Below, in pieces: positions 18,131 to 28,893 of a DNA stretch of 64,000 nucleotides (the stretch's first letter is position 1; each line of letters starts with the position of its first letter). The notes under the pieces were generated by a model. That model did no database searches. It was not told the origin of the DNA and saw only the letters and a list, made by a program, of their open reading frames with translations. The translations under genes were made by a program, and so were the position numbers. Origin of the DNA: Candidatus Latescibacterota bacterium (lineage in GTDB: Bacteria > Latescibacterota > UBA2968); the NCBI GenBank assembly GCA_965207885.1, contig OZ242311.1, forward strand, positions 1,184,001-1,248,000. The letters are read 5' to 3'.

Positions 18131-18759
18131 TCCACCGTCCGATGCCCGAAAGCATTCCACACACCAGCCAGATCGTGAACAGCCTTAAACATCGGATAAA
18201 GCGCATCCCACATCGCATCTCGCGCATTGAATGCGGCTTCCCTATCGCCCTCTGCGAATGCCTTCTTAAAAGCCGCAACCTGCTCGCGCTGCGTCTCTGC
18301 TGTCTGTTCTACGCGCGCAACAAAATCCTCCACAGACTGCAAGTGTTCATCTGCTCTCGCATCTGCATCAGCGCTCAAATCTGGCGTCTGATCATAAGAA
18401 GAAGAATTTGCAAAACGCGGCGGCTCCTTCTCCCCCTCTGCTGTCCAATAAGTATGCGTAGGCAAAATATGCGGTGTCACCGACAAATACATAATCACCT
18501 CATCATCGCCCACATTGCGCACCGTATGCGCCTCATCTGTCAGTGCAATACACATCTGCCCGGGACCCAACACCTCCCTGTGTCCTTCGATATCAAACTC
18601 CGCCTGCCCTTGTAAAATCAGAAAAATCTCGTGTCCCAAATCGTGCGTATGGCTCTGATTGAACTGCTCCACCTCCATCTTCAAAAACCGCGAACGAATT
18701 TGGGGTGTCACCAGCATATTGGTAATATCCCTGCGATAGTCAAAAACTTGAAATGGCAT
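18121..18759 (-). CDS. Cupin-domain protein with a helical C-terminal extension
   Basis: HTHDLGHEIFLILQG and LGPGQMCIALTDEAHTVRN cupin motifs. Confidence 0.8.
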   Translation of the reverse strand: MPFQVFDYRRDITNMLVTPQIRSRFLKMEVEQFNQSHTHDLGHEIFLILQGQAEFDIEGHREVLGPGQMCIALTDEAHTVRNVGDDEVIMYLSVTPHILPTHTYWTAEGEKEPPRFANSSSYDQTPDLSADADARADEHLQSVEDFVARVEQTAETQREQVAAFKKAFAEGDREAAFNARDAMWDALYPMFKAVHDLAGVWNAFGHRTVDEE

Positions 18760-18823
18760 GATACCCTCCGTATATTAAAAGTTAGAAGAGAGAAGGAAGA
18801 AATCCACCAACAGAAAGAAATGC

Positions 18824-20770
18824 ATGAGCCTGCCCAATCCTGCGCCACAGCCTGACCCCGCGTCACACATCACCACCCGCGCCATTATCGTTGGCCTGAT
18901 CCTGACCCTTGTCATCTGCTATTTTGCTACAGACACCACCTATCGCCTTCGCGCATCTCGCGTATCTCTGGGCCACATGCCCATGTCATTGTGGCTCCCA
19001 TTCCTCCTCATCTTCCTCATCAATCCCCTGCTCAAAAAAATTCGGGAAAACTGGATGCTTCGCCCGCATGAATTGGGACTCATCCTCTGCATGGGATTTA
19101 TCGGCAGCGTTTTTCCCACCAAAAACGTCGCGGGACGCCTGATCGCCGTACTCGCCAGCCCCTATTACAAAGCCACCCCGGAAAACCGATGGGCGGAATT
19201 TACCCACGAACACATCCAACCCTGGGCTGTACCCAGCAATCGCGCGGGAGATATCTCTAATTTGTGGGAGGGATTGCCAGCGCATCTCTCCACACCCTAT
19301 CACGTCTGGGCTGTACCGCTCTTCTGGTGGTTCACATTTTTCTTCGCGCTATTCATCGCCTGTTTGTGCATCACCGTCATCTTGCGCAAACAATGGGTCG
19401 AACACGAACGCATCACCTTTCCCCTCGCGCAATTGCCCGTCCTGATGATTCAGGATACAGCGTCGGGACAAATCGGATTTTTAAAAAACAAATTATTCTG
19501 GACGGGATTTGGCATCGGATTATTCATCTTATCCTGGAATATCCTGCCCCTCTTCTGGCACAACCTCCCAATCATACCCATTGGTCCCACCTACCGCACC
19601 GCCATCTCATTTGGACACGACTTTCCCCCACTGCAAGTCAAATTCAACTTTGTCATGGCGGCCTTTGGATATCTCACCAACCTCGAAGTCCTCCTCTCCA
19701 TCTGGCTATTCCACGTACTCTCGCTCATCGAAATCGGCGCATTAAACCGCTTTGGCATCACAGTCGGCAGAGACTTTGGCAGCGGCCTATTGCTACAGCA
19801 AGTCGGCGGCTTCATTGCATTTGCCCTGTTTGGCCTCTTCATGGCGCGGCAGCATATTGGAACCGTCATCCGCGCACTCTGGCAACCGAATGCAGAAGAC
19901 AAAACCGAACTCCTGTCTTATCGCACGGCAGTGATCGGCCTGATCATCGCACTCATTTATGCCAGTGCCTATATGTACGCGCTGGGCATTTCCCTATTGG
20001 GCATAGCAGTACAACTCGGCCTGCTCTTGATCTACTTCATCGGCCTGGCCAAAATCGTCGCAGAAACCGGCCTCGTATATGTCGAAACCCCACTGCGAAC
20101 CCAGGAACTCGCCGCTGCCGCACTCGGCACAAATGTGCAAACCCCCGACCACGTCGGCATGGCCCTATCAGCCAACAGCGTGGAAAGCCACCGCGAATAC
20201 ATCCTCCCATCCCTCACACACACCGCCAAAATCCACGACGTATTTCGCTGGCCGCGCAATCGCATGGTCGCGGCCCTAATGCTCGCCTTTATCATCGGCT
20301 TTGCCGTCTCAATTATCTATACCCTCAACCTCTGTTACGGCGCAACCGGCGCCGCCAATATCCGCCACGTCTTTGTATTCGGCGGATACAGCCAGCGCAT
20401 GTTTGACCGCGTCGTCTCCTGGGCATCGGAACCGACCTCTTTTGGCCGCGTTGAATGGCAATTCCTGGCTGCGGGGGCGCTCGGCACCCTGTTTTTGAGC
20501 CTCATGCGCCTGCGCTTTGCGTGGTGGCCCCTCCATCCGGTGGGATTTACAGTGGGATATGTCTATCCCGTCAGAGTCACCGCCTTCACCGTCTTTCTCA
20601 TATGGGCATTCAAATCCATTGTATTGCGCATCGGCGGCATCCGGCTCTACCGCAATTTGCAACCCTTCTTCATCGGCCTCTTAATCGGATACACCCTCGG
20701 TGTCGGCCTTTCCACACTCGTAGATCACATCTACTTCCCCGGCAATGGCCACATGGTGCATTCGTGGTAA
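18824..20770 (+). CDS. Large polytopic membrane protein, DUF6785/DUF6784-like putative transporter
   Basis: Many TM segments; ILRKQWVEHERITFPLA, WWPLHPVGF, RIGGIRLYR...PFFIGL motifs. Confidence 0.7.
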   Translation: MSLPNPAPQPDPASHITTRAIIVGLILTLVICYFATDTTYRLRASRVSLGHMPMSLWLPFLLIFLINPLLKKIRENWMLRPHELGLILCMGFIGSVFPTKNVAGRLIAVLASPYYKATPENRWAEFTHEHIQPWAVPSNRAGDISNLWEGLPAHLSTPYHVWAVPLFWWFTFFFALFIACLCITVILRKQWVEHERITFPLAQLPVLMIQDTASGQIGFLKNKLFWTGFGIGLFILSWNILPLFWHNLPIIPIGPTYRTAISFGHDFPPLQVKFNFVMAAFGYLTNLEVLLSIWLFHVLSLIEIGALNRFGITVGRDFGSGLLLQQVGGFIAFALFGLFMARQHIGTVIRALWQPNAEDKTELLSYRTAVIGLIIALIYASAYMYALGISLLGIAVQLGLLLIYFIGLAKIVAETGLVYVETPLRTQELAAAALGTNVQTPDHVGMALSANSVESHREYILPSLTHTAKIHDVFRWPRNRMVAALMLAFIIGFAVSIIYTLNLCYGATGAANIRHVFVFGGYSQRMFDRVVSWASEPTSFGRVEWQFLAAGALGTLFLSLMRLRFAWWPLHPVGFTVGYVYPVRVTAFTVFLIWAFKSIVLRIGGIRLYRNLQPFFIGLLIGYTLGVGLSTLVDHIYFPGNGHMVHSW

Positions 20771-20812
20771 GGCAAAAAGGATCGCCATCGCACGATGACA
20801 ACCCCTTTCAAA

Positions 20813-22321
20813 TCAAGACGGTTCTCGCAGAGCCTGTTCCCGGACAGTATTTACATACGGATGCCCCGTCTCCTCCAACCATCCCAAAATGCGGTCTCGC
20901 ATCGATGCGGCGCGCACGCGGTCTCGATACGCCAGGTTGTGTTCCTCATGGGGATCATCCGCCAGATTGTAAAGCTCGTCCAAATCGCGCACGTCACCGC
21001 TCAGAGGCTTCCAATTCAGCACAAACTTCCACGCTCCCTGCCTGAGCATCACACCGCGATTTATCAAATCCGTAAAAATTTCTTCCCGCGCGACATCGCG
21101 CTCGCCCTTCAAAACATCGCTTATACTTTCACCATCCACCCCCTCGGGCATATCAACACCCACCAGATCCAGTATCGTGGGCATCACATCCACACTGCTA
21201 TTCAAAGAAGTATTCACAGACCCCGCTTCAATGCGCCCGGGCCACCGCACCAAACACGGCACCTTCATCAACGTATCGTAGCCACAATACGGCAACTTGT
21301 ACACCATGCCAAACTGCCCCACCATATCGCCGTGATCCGACACAAACATCACAATCGTATTCTCCGCCTGACCATTGGCATCCAGCGCGTTGAGCACCCG
21401 CTCAATTTGTGCGTCGATATAACTCACATACCCCCAATAACGCCGGATATAGTCCCGTACCTCATCTCTCGACCAGACATCGCGCACATAAGTGCGATCG
21501 CGACCCGATTGAAAACGCGGCTTATCCTCCAATGGCGCATCGTAATTATCGGGCAGAGGCACATCGTCCAAATCGTACATTGAATCCCATGGCTCGGGCG
21601 GACAGACGGGCGCATGCGGTCCGTAAAAAGACAGCACAGCGCAAAATGGATTATCCCGATTGGCATTGAGAAACGACACCATCTCATCGGCAAAAAAGTG
21701 CGCCATGTGGTGATCCTCCCCCAACAAACTCACGTTGTGCTCCCGATCTGGGGCACTCGGCGCTGCATGGTGATTGCCCACGCGGGGCGAATTTTTAACC
21801 TCATCGGGCAAATCGGTCGTCTGCAAATACGCTTTGAAATGCTTCCAACCCCCAACCCAGTGATCAAATCCACTCCGGGGTTCATCCTCTCCCGTACCGC
21901 CTTCCACATCCACAAACTCAAAATCGCGCGTACTATCTACCCGCTTCCTGACCCAGCAATTGTCAAACGGACCGCGTTCCGCAATCCCGCGATACATCTG
22001 CCCCCCCAAATGCCACTTGCCAATCCACGCGGTTTGATAGCCCGCATCGCGAAATAGATTACCTATTGACGGCAACGCATCGTCCAGTTCCACATCGTTA
22101 ATCACCACCCCGTGGTTGTGCGAATAGCGCCCGGTCAAATACGTCGCCCGAGACGGCGTACACGCAAACGCCGCAATATAAAAATTGTCAAACCGCATGC
22201 CCTCGCGTGCCAGGCGGTCTTGCGCGGGTGTCTTAACAACCGAATTGCCATAACAACCGATAGTCGATACCGGTTGCTGATCCGTCATAATCAAAAGCAC
22301 ATTTGGACGATCACCGGACAT
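20813..22321 (-). CDS. Formylglycine-dependent sulfatase
   Basis: PNVLLIMTDQQ, CTPSRATYLTG, GKWHLG, SDHGD, ELYNLADDPHE. Confidence 0.92.
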   Translation of the reverse strand: MSGDRPNVLLIMTDQQPVSTIGCYGNSVVKTPAQDRLAREGMRFDNFYIAAFACTPSRATYLTGRYSHNHGVVINDVELDDALPSIGNLFRDAGYQTAWIGKWHLGGQMYRGIAERGPFDNCWVRKRVDSTRDFEFVDVEGGTGEDEPRSGFDHWVGGWKHFKAYLQTTDLPDEVKNSPRVGNHHAAPSAPDREHNVSLLGEDHHMAHFFADEMVSFLNANRDNPFCAVLSFYGPHAPVCPPEPWDSMYDLDDVPLPDNYDAPLEDKPRFQSGRDRTYVRDVWSRDEVRDYIRRYWGYVSYIDAQIERVLNALDANGQAENTIVMFVSDHGDMVGQFGMVYKLPYCGYDTLMKVPCLVRWPGRIEAGSVNTSLNSSVDVMPTILDLVGVDMPEGVDGESISDVLKGERDVAREEIFTDLINRGVMLRQGAWKFVLNWKPLSGDVRDLDELYNLADDPHEEHNLAYRDRVRAASMRDRILGWLEETGHPYVNTVREQALREPS

Positions 22322-22335
22322 TGTAATCCCCCTCT

Positions 22336-23406
22336 CTACACCAAAAACTTCAGGCAAACGGGCATGGGCACTTCCGCGACATGCCCGGTCTCTGTCAACT
22401 TCCCGGTCTCTCGGTCAATGGCAAAAGAAACAATTGTATCGCTGCTTTGATTCTCCGCCAGCAAGAAATTGCCATCGGGCGAAAGCGCGATATTGCGAGG
22501 CGTTTCTCCGCCAGTGGAGTGAATATCGACCGGCGTCAAGTGACCGCTGGACTCGTCAACCGCAAAAATGGCGACACTATCGTGACCGCGATTTGATCCG
22601 TACACAAACAGACCATCGGATGAAACGTGAACATCCGCCGTATGGCTCGTCTCTGAAAAATCCCCGGGCAATGTGGCAATAGACTGCAACTCGGTCAACG
22701 CACCCGTCTCTGCATCATAGGCGTACGCATTGACCGTATTGCCGATTTCATTGATCAGATAGGCGTATTGTCCCCCCGGGTGAAAAGCAAAATGGCGCGG
22801 TCCCTCACCGGGCGCCACATAGACGGATGGCGGATCATTCGCAATGAGTTTGCCGTTTTCGAGATCAAGCTCAAAAATCAACACCTTGTCCAAACCGAGA
22901 TCGGCGACATAAACCCGTTTGTTATCCGGCGAAATATTCGCAGAATGGGCGTGGGGACCTTGCTGCCGTTGCGGATTGACACTACTGCCCTCGTGCTGAA
23001 TAAAATCCGACGCTTCGCCCAACGCACCATCTTCCCCAATGGGCAACATACAGGTGCTACCCCCACCGTAATTTGCCACTACAGCATAGCGACCCGTCGC
23101 ATCGATATTCAAATGACAGGGACCAGTGCCTACTGTCGATTGCCGGTTGATAAACGCGAGATCTGCGGCTTCTGCATCAATGGCATAAGCGCTAATCGCC
23201 CCTGCGCTCTCGCCATTGTATTCACTGATCTCATTGACCGCATAGAGAAACCGCCCATTGGGATGAATGGCGAGAAATGTCGGATTCTCACTCTCGATGC
23301 TATTAGCCGGAGTGAGTTCACCCGTCTCAGTATTGAATCGGTGAACGTAAATACCCTTGCTGCCGGTGCGAGTATAGGTACCAATAAAAGCGATGATATT
23401 GCTCAT
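22336..23406 (-). CDS. pgl: 6-phosphogluconolactonase (beta-propeller lactonase family)
   Basis: FIGTYT, VANYGGG, PHAHSA, ADLGLD, GPRHFAFHP, SNRGHDS, TPRN. Confidence 0.88.
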   Translation of the reverse strand: MSNIIAFIGTYTRTGSKGIYVHRFNTETGELTPANSIESENPTFLAIHPNGRFLYAVNEISEYNGESAGAISAYAIDAEAADLAFINRQSTVGTGPCHLNIDATGRYAVVANYGGGSTCMLPIGEDGALGEASDFIQHEGSSVNPQRQQGPHAHSANISPDNKRVYVADLGLDKVLIFELDLENGKLIANDPPSVYVAPGEGPRHFAFHPGGQYAYLINEIGNTVNAYAYDAETGALTELQSIATLPGDFSETSHTADVHVSSDGLFVYGSNRGHDSVAIFAVDESSGHLTPVDIHSTGGETPRNIALSPDGNFLLAENQSSDTIVSFAIDRETGKLTETGHVAEVPMPVCLKFLV

Positions 23407-23418
23407 GGAAAATCTCCT

Positions 23419-24513
23419 TTAATTACTCAAAATATCGACGACCATATCGCCAAAATCACTGGTCGAAAGAACATTCTTGGGATCGGTTATTTCCGAAGCG
23501 AGTTCAGAAGTGGCATATCCTCTTTCGAGAATATCGAACATAGCGTTCCACAAAGCGTCTGACTCCTCTTTGAGACCCAGACATTTATCCAGCAAAAATG
23601 CAATACTGCCAATCATCGAATAGGGATTGGCGATATTTTGACCCGCAATATCGGGTGCCGAGCCGTGCGCCGGTTCCACATAGCCCTTTTCGGGTCCCAT
23701 ACACGCCGAAGGCATCAAACCGAGAGAACCGAGCAAACCACCCGCCTGATCGGTCAGAATATCGCCCTGCATATTTTCCAAAAGCATAACCCCGTTGAAT
23801 TGCGTGGGATCTCTGACGAGTTGAAAAGCCGCATTATCGACGATAATCGACACGTATTCGACATCGTCGTATTCTTTTGCCATATCTTCGATAATCGCAT
23901 CCCAAAGCCGGGATGTAGCCAGCACATTGGATTTGTGGACATGGGTCATCTTAGCACCGAGACGTCGGGCTTCGTCAAACGCAACCGTTCCAATCGCGCG
24001 CACCTGCTCTTCGGTATAAATACAATCGTCGCGCGCGTATTTCATACCCGTAGCGGTACCTTCTTCTTTCTCCCCAAAATAAATACCACCCACAAGTTCC
24101 CGAATCATGAGAATATCAATACCCTCTCCAATAACGCTATCGCGCAAAGGAGAAAATGACGCGAGAGATTTAGGCAACCTGACCGGGCGATAATTGGCAT
24201 ACGTATTAAAACGCTTTCGCAAAGGCAGAATAGCACCGAGTTCCGGACGCAACTCCTGTGGAATTTTCTTCGTCTCTTCAATGGAAAGCCCCACCGGACC
24301 TTTGATAATCGCGTCTGCCCGATCACACAGGGCTTTTGTCTCATCGGGAAACGGACTACCCTCGTCAAAATACGACGCCGCACCAAAAGGCGCGTATTCC
24401 AGCACAAACTCGTGATCGAACTTTTTTTCAATCGTGCGAAGAGCTTTAATCCCTTCGCGCATAATCTCTGGCCCAATGCCGTCGCCTTCAAGCACGGCGA
24501 GGGTCTTTTTCAT
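23419..24513 (-). CDS. leuB: 3-isopropylmalate dehydrogenase
   Basis: GDGIGPEI, ANYRP, RELVGGIYFG, KSNVL, GDILTD...GSLGLMPSA, EPAHGSAPDIAG. Confidence 0.9.
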   Translation of the reverse strand: MKKTLAVLEGDGIGPEIMREGIKALRTIEKKFDHEFVLEYAPFGAASYFDEGSPFPDETKALCDRADAIIKGPVGLSIEETKKIPQELRPELGAILPLRKRFNTYANYRPVRLPKSLASFSPLRDSVIGEGIDILMIRELVGGIYFGEKEEGTATGMKYARDDCIYTEEQVRAIGTVAFDEARRLGAKMTHVHKSNVLATSRLWDAIIEDMAKEYDDVEYVSIIVDNAAFQLVRDPTQFNGVMLLENMQGDILTDQAGGLLGSLGLMPSACMGPEKGYVEPAHGSAPDIAGQNIANPYSMIGSIAFLLDKCLGLKEESDALWNAMFDILERGYATSELASEITDPKNVLSTSDFGDMVVDILSN

Positions 24514-24556
24514 GGCAAACCTTTCTGTTGAATTAAAAACTAAGAATTGGTGGCCT

Positions 24557-25300
24557 TCACACTTCACAGGCCGCCCCTCTATCTAAAATAAACGTACAAT
24601 CCGAATGTGTCTGTAAAAAACTCGCCGGGCAAGATGGATGAGGGATACCTTGAACAGTGCGGGCAATCGCTTTCGCCTTATCCGTACCTGTCGCCAGAAG
24701 AAGAATACGCCTCGCCTCGCAAATCGTGGCAATCCCCGCGGTGAGTGCCTGTTTGGGCACATCTTCAACGCGCTCGAAAAAGCGACTATTCGCCGCAATC
24801 GTACTCTCGGTCAAATCGACCAGACGGGTGCGAGAATCGGGCGCACTCCCGGGCTCGTTAAAAGCAATATGTCCATTGCGACCAATGCCGAGCAACCACA
24901 GATCCACACCGCCACATGCCCGTATTCTGGCCTCAAAAGCCTCGCACTCAAGATCGGCATCCACTCCCCTGCCATTGGGCACATGCGTATTCCACAGTTG
25001 AATATCAGTACCGTCAAAAAACGTGCGATTCATAAAATAGCGATAACTCTGCGGATGCGAGCCATCAAGCCCCCAGTACTCATCGAGATTAAAGGTCGTC
25101 AGACGCGAAAAACTCAGCCCCTCCCGATTTGCCCGCACGAGTTCGGCATACGTCCTCACCGGCGTTGACCCCGTCGCCAAACCGAGCACAGCATCTGGCT
25201 TCTGGCGAATAAGCGCGGCAATTTCCGATGCAGCGGCGCGGGCCACATCATCGGGCGTATCGCAAATTTTTACTTGAATAGGCATAGAATCAGAAATCAC
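24557..25300 (-). CDS. nagB: Glucosamine-6-phosphate deaminase
   Basis: VLGLATGSTP, TFNLDEY, LLGIGRNGHIAFNEPG, PASFLQTH. Confidence 0.93.
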   Translation of the reverse strand: MISDSMPIQVKICDTPDDVARAAASEIAALIRQKPDAVLGLATGSTPVRTYAELVRANREGLSFSRLTTFNLDEYWGLDGSHPQSYRYFMNRTFFDGTDIQLWNTHVPNGRGVDADLECEAFEARIRACGGVDLWLLGIGRNGHIAFNEPGSAPDSRTRLVDLTESTIAANSRFFERVEDVPKQALTAGIATICEARRILLLATGTDKAKAIARTVQGIPHPSCPASFLQTHSDCTFILDRGAACEV

Positions 25301-26841
25301 GCTCGGCGCAGCACCTGGCTGGGCAACGCGCCTGTTGGTTCCCCATTGGCAATGACGGATTGACCATTGACAAAAACGTGCGAAATACCGACTGGCGGCA
25401 GCGTGGGATTTTCAAAAGTAGATCTCGCAGCCACCGTATCGGGATCAAAAACAACGAGATCAGCGGCTTTGCCCACAGCGACTTCGCCCCGGTCGGGAAT
25501 ATTGAAACGCCGTGCGGGAAAACCGCTCATCTTGTAGATCGCCTCCTCAAAAGTCAGCAACTCGCGCTCGCGCACAAAATGACCCAGCACGCGCGCAAAA
25601 CACCCAAAACCCCGCGGATGCGGATGCGGAATATTAAAAATGCCATCGCTGGCAATCATCATACGCGGATGAGTGGCTGTGCGCGTCACGGTCTGCGCGG
25701 CTACTTCGGGATCAACCTGCCACGGAAAAATAACGGCATGGCATTCGCGCTCCTGAAAAATCAGATCGTATGCAAAATCCTCAAGAGATGTATTTGCCCG
25801 AGCCGCGAGATCGCACAGGCGTTCTCCCGTGTACCTGCCCGAGCCAGTATAACCAACAATCTGATCGCCGCGCCCGAGCCATGTTTTGAGTTCGGCGACG
25901 GACTCGGCGCGAACTTCTGGGTCTTCAAGACGCGCGTTGACCTCATCTGGACTACCGACCTGGAATTTCATAGGCAACATCATGTACAAATGGGTCATCC
26001 CAGCCGGATAGAGATAAGATTCAAAAGTCAGATCGATATCTTCGCGCTCGATTCTCTCCAGCAAATCGGCATTCTCGTCGTTGACCCGCTCATGCGAGAT
26101 GTGAACCGGGATATTTGCAGCGCGGGAAAGCGCGATCGTCTCTTCCCAGGCGGCAACGCGCCCAATCGTGTGATAGCGCACGTGAGCCGCGTAAATACCC
26201 CCGTATTCCGCCGCGACTTTGCAAAGCGCAACAAGCTCCCGAAAATCCGCATTAGCACTCGGCTGATAATCGAGACCCAAATTGAGCGCGCCAGCCCCCG
26301 CCTCCATCCATTGTCGCGTGAGATCCGACATCTGTGCAATCTCATCATCTGTTGCTGGCCGCGCATCCCACCCACAGGCAGACAGGCGAACCGCGCAATG
26401 AGGGACTTGCGGATACACATTTGCCGCGCTGTTATTGGGAAAAAGACTCAGATAATCCTCCGGCGTTTGCCAGCCAATCGGAATATCGACCTCACCAACA
26501 GAAAAGCGCGTATATGTCCACAATTCGCGCGTGCGCGCGGGCGACAGCCCCGTCCACCCAAACCCATCGGGCGTCAAAAGCTGCGTCGTAATACCCTGCT
26601 GCACCTCGGCATAGCGATGAACACCTGTAAGCAGGGCGATCTCCGAATGAACATGCACATCGATAAAACCGGGACAGACGATATGTCCCGTCGCATCGAT
26701 AACCGTATCGGCCTGTGCCTGAGACAAATCGCCAATAGCCTCAATGCGATCTCCACAAATGCCAACATCCGCCTGAAAACCGGGCGTCCGGCCCGTGCCG
26801 TCAATCACTGTGCTGTTGCAAATGAGCAGGTCAAAAGTCAT
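25297..26841 (-). CDS. N-acyl-D-amino-acid deacylase-family amidohydrolase
   Basis: PGFIDVHVHSE, MIASDG, HPRGFGCFARVLG, ADLVVFDP. Confidence 0.88.
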   Translation of the reverse strand: MTFDLLICNSTVIDGTGRTPGFQADVGICGDRIEAIGDLSQAQADTVIDATGHIVCPGFIDVHVHSEIALLTGVHRYAEVQQGITTQLLTPDGFGWTGLSPARTRELWTYTRFSVGEVDIPIGWQTPEDYLSLFPNNSAANVYPQVPHCAVRLSACGWDARPATDDEIAQMSDLTRQWMEAGAGALNLGLDYQPSANADFRELVALCKVAAEYGGIYAAHVRYHTIGRVAAWEETIALSRAANIPVHISHERVNDENADLLERIEREDIDLTFESYLYPAGMTHLYMMLPMKFQVGSPDEVNARLEDPEVRAESVAELKTWLGRGDQIVGYTGSGRYTGERLCDLAARANTSLEDFAYDLIFQERECHAVIFPWQVDPEVAAQTVTRTATHPRMMIASDGIFNIPHPHPRGFGCFARVLGHFVRERELLTFEEAIYKMSGFPARRFNIPDRGEVAVGKAADLVVFDPDTVAARSTFENPTLPPVGISHVFVNGQSVIANGEPTGALPSQVLRRA

Positions 26842-26844
26842 GTT

Positions 26845-28773
26845 CTACCACCTGTTGAGTTTGTGGCCATTGCCCGGGAAAAAAAGCGCATCCACAACAA
26901 CGCCCAATGCAATACCGGCAATTTGACCGGCCAGCATACCCAGGAACAAAGGCGCGATTTTGCGATAGTATTCGAGACCGCCAAATTTGAGCACGAGCGT
27001 TTTGATCGCCCAGCTAAAGAAAATAGAAAAAAGGCTACTGCGCAAGACGCCCGACGATGAAATCGTAAACCCAATCGGATGAAGTGGAAAATGGGGAAAG
27101 CGATAGCGAATATAGAGCAAAATACCTGTAAAGACAGCACCAATACCCAAAAAACGCACGCGATTCCAGTCTGTACTCATCGCTCCGGCGTGTACGCGGT
27201 TGGCGGTATAAGTCCACGCCCCCACGGCACCATCAGCAGACCCATTAAAACTAACCACCCCAAAATTATAGCTGCCAATACCGTAATAACCCTGATAGAG
27301 GGTAAAAGCAATAACAGTAGTCGCGCCGATCAAGGCACCTGTGGCAATCGCGGGAACAAAAGCGCGGCGGCGTTCGGCGGGCACAACCGAGGCCAGACGA
27401 GGGACATGCGCAAGTGTTGTAATCGCAAAAGTTTTGGCATCGCAAAAAAATGTATAAGTCAGCCCCAGTGCAACAGCGCTCGGCGCCCCCATACCCGCAA
27501 CACCAAGGACATGCCAGGTAAATGCCTGAGCGGTAATAGGACCGCGCAAAAAAACCAGACCACTCTCGGCGATAATATGTGCAAGACCCAGGTAAAGAAT
27601 CAGCGTCGCACCCCAAAAGGTGAGTAAGGTAAGGACATTCATACCCGATTGCACGAGAAAGAAAATCGTGTACACACTACACAAGACCAGGATCATAAAT
27701 GCCGTGCGATAGGATAAAAGCTCCCCCTCATCATCTATCTGCGCATTGCGAGACCACACCTTGTGCCAGACATCGCGCAAATGTGCGCGCGCCATCCACA
27801 GCCCCCACAGAACGAGAACAATAAAACCGCCAAAACTCTGCCACCCAATAGCAGGTGCCATAGAACACCACATATCGGAACCGCCAAAATCCAAACCAAA
27901 GCGATTGAAAATGCCAACCTGAAGAATCGCGAGCAAGTGAAAAAACCAGATGCTGTACAACACATCTGATTTCGTGAAATAGGCAAATGCAATCGTCATC
28001 GGCTGGAAGAGAAACCACAGCGGTGGAAAACCGCGACCAATGGGGATATTGATCTGCCTCATAACATCCAGACGGGGCAATGCCGTGACAAACCATGAGG
28101 CGACATTCCAGCAAAAAACGCCAAAAATGAGTACAAATCCAATCTGAAAAAAGCGCGAGCGAACAAGGTTAGCAAACGCATCTTTTGAATCACCCGTACC
28201 CGTCAGTTCGAGAAGTGCCGTGGCAATGGGAAAAGAGAGCCGTTCGTGTTCCATCCACTGTTTGCGAAGGAGAATAACCACACAGAAATTGGCGAGAAAT
28301 ACAGCACCGAAAAAAAGTCCCCAGCCGGGAAAAAGTGCGATCCACGCATCCCAGGGAAAAGGGGCACCAGGCGGCAGCCCTTCGTAAAACCCCGTAGCTG
28401 CAGCACGGTCTGTCAGCACATTCCACTCGGTAAAATGTGGCCACAGCCTTTCTGCCCACATATTTTGCGTTGAAGCAAAATAAATGGGCGCAGTGACAAC
28501 GCCGAGAAAATAACCCGAAAGCCACTCACCTTGCATATTGGCAGCCACCATGCCAATGCTACATATCGCGATGAGTTCAAAGGATGAGAGGCCCCTGAAT
28601 CTGCGCGAAAAAAAATAGTTAAAAACGAGCAAGGCCAAAAAGGGAATCAAAAAAGCCACAGACAAATGGGCAAAATCCCCGCGGGAAGAACGCAGAATCA
28701 AGCTACTATACACAGGCCAAAAATTCACCCAAACAGATAAACAAAGGCCAATGATGATCGCGCGAATAGTCAT
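26845..28773 (-). CDS. Second DUF6785/DUF6784-like polytopic membrane protein
   Basis: LLRKQWMEHERLSFPIA, FPLHPIGF, FFPGNGH; co-linear paralog of 18824-20770. Start taken at MTIRAIIIGL. Confidence 0.7.
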   Translation of the reverse strand: MTIRAIIIGLCLSVWVNFWPVYSSLILRSSRGDFAHLSVAFLIPFLALLVFNYFFSRRFRGLSSFELIAICSIGMVAANMQGEWLSGYFLGVVTAPIYFASTQNMWAERLWPHFTEWNVLTDRAAATGFYEGLPPGAPFPWDAWIALFPGWGLFFGAVFLANFCVVILLRKQWMEHERLSFPIATALLELTGTGDSKDAFANLVRSRFFQIGFVLIFGVFCWNVASWFVTALPRLDVMRQINIPIGRGFPPLWFLFQPMTIAFAYFTKSDVLYSIWFFHLLAILQVGIFNRFGLDFGGSDMWCSMAPAIGWQSFGGFIVLVLWGLWMARAHLRDVWHKVWSRNAQIDDEGELLSYRTAFMILVLCSVYTIFFLVQSGMNVLTLLTFWGATLILYLGLAHIIAESGLVFLRGPITAQAFTWHVLGVAGMGAPSAVALGLTYTFFCDAKTFAITTLAHVPRLASVVPAERRRAFVPAIATGALIGATTVIAFTLYQGYYGIGSYNFGVVSFNGSADGAVGAWTYTANRVHAGAMSTDWNRVRFLGIGAVFTGILLYIRYRFPHFPLHPIGFTISSSGVLRSSLFSIFFSWAIKTLVLKFGGLEYYRKIAPLFLGMLAGQIAGIALGVVVDALFFPGNGHKLNRW

Positions 28774-28893
28774 AGGACACCGAAATATGAAAAACAAAAA
28801 AATGGGCGTCCATAATAACACTGAGAACAGCATCGGTCAAGCTGCGTAAAAGACTGGAGACTAGGAGGGGACTGACGACTTTTCACTGGCCGC

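Noticed and set aside
25360-27060. Long antisense or alternate-frame ORFs (e.g. 25360-27060 +, 19264-20406 +, 20795-21583 +, 22768-23562 +)
   Set aside because: They shadow well-supported genes, have no recognisable motifs, and are expected from codon bias in GC-rich, skewed DNA.
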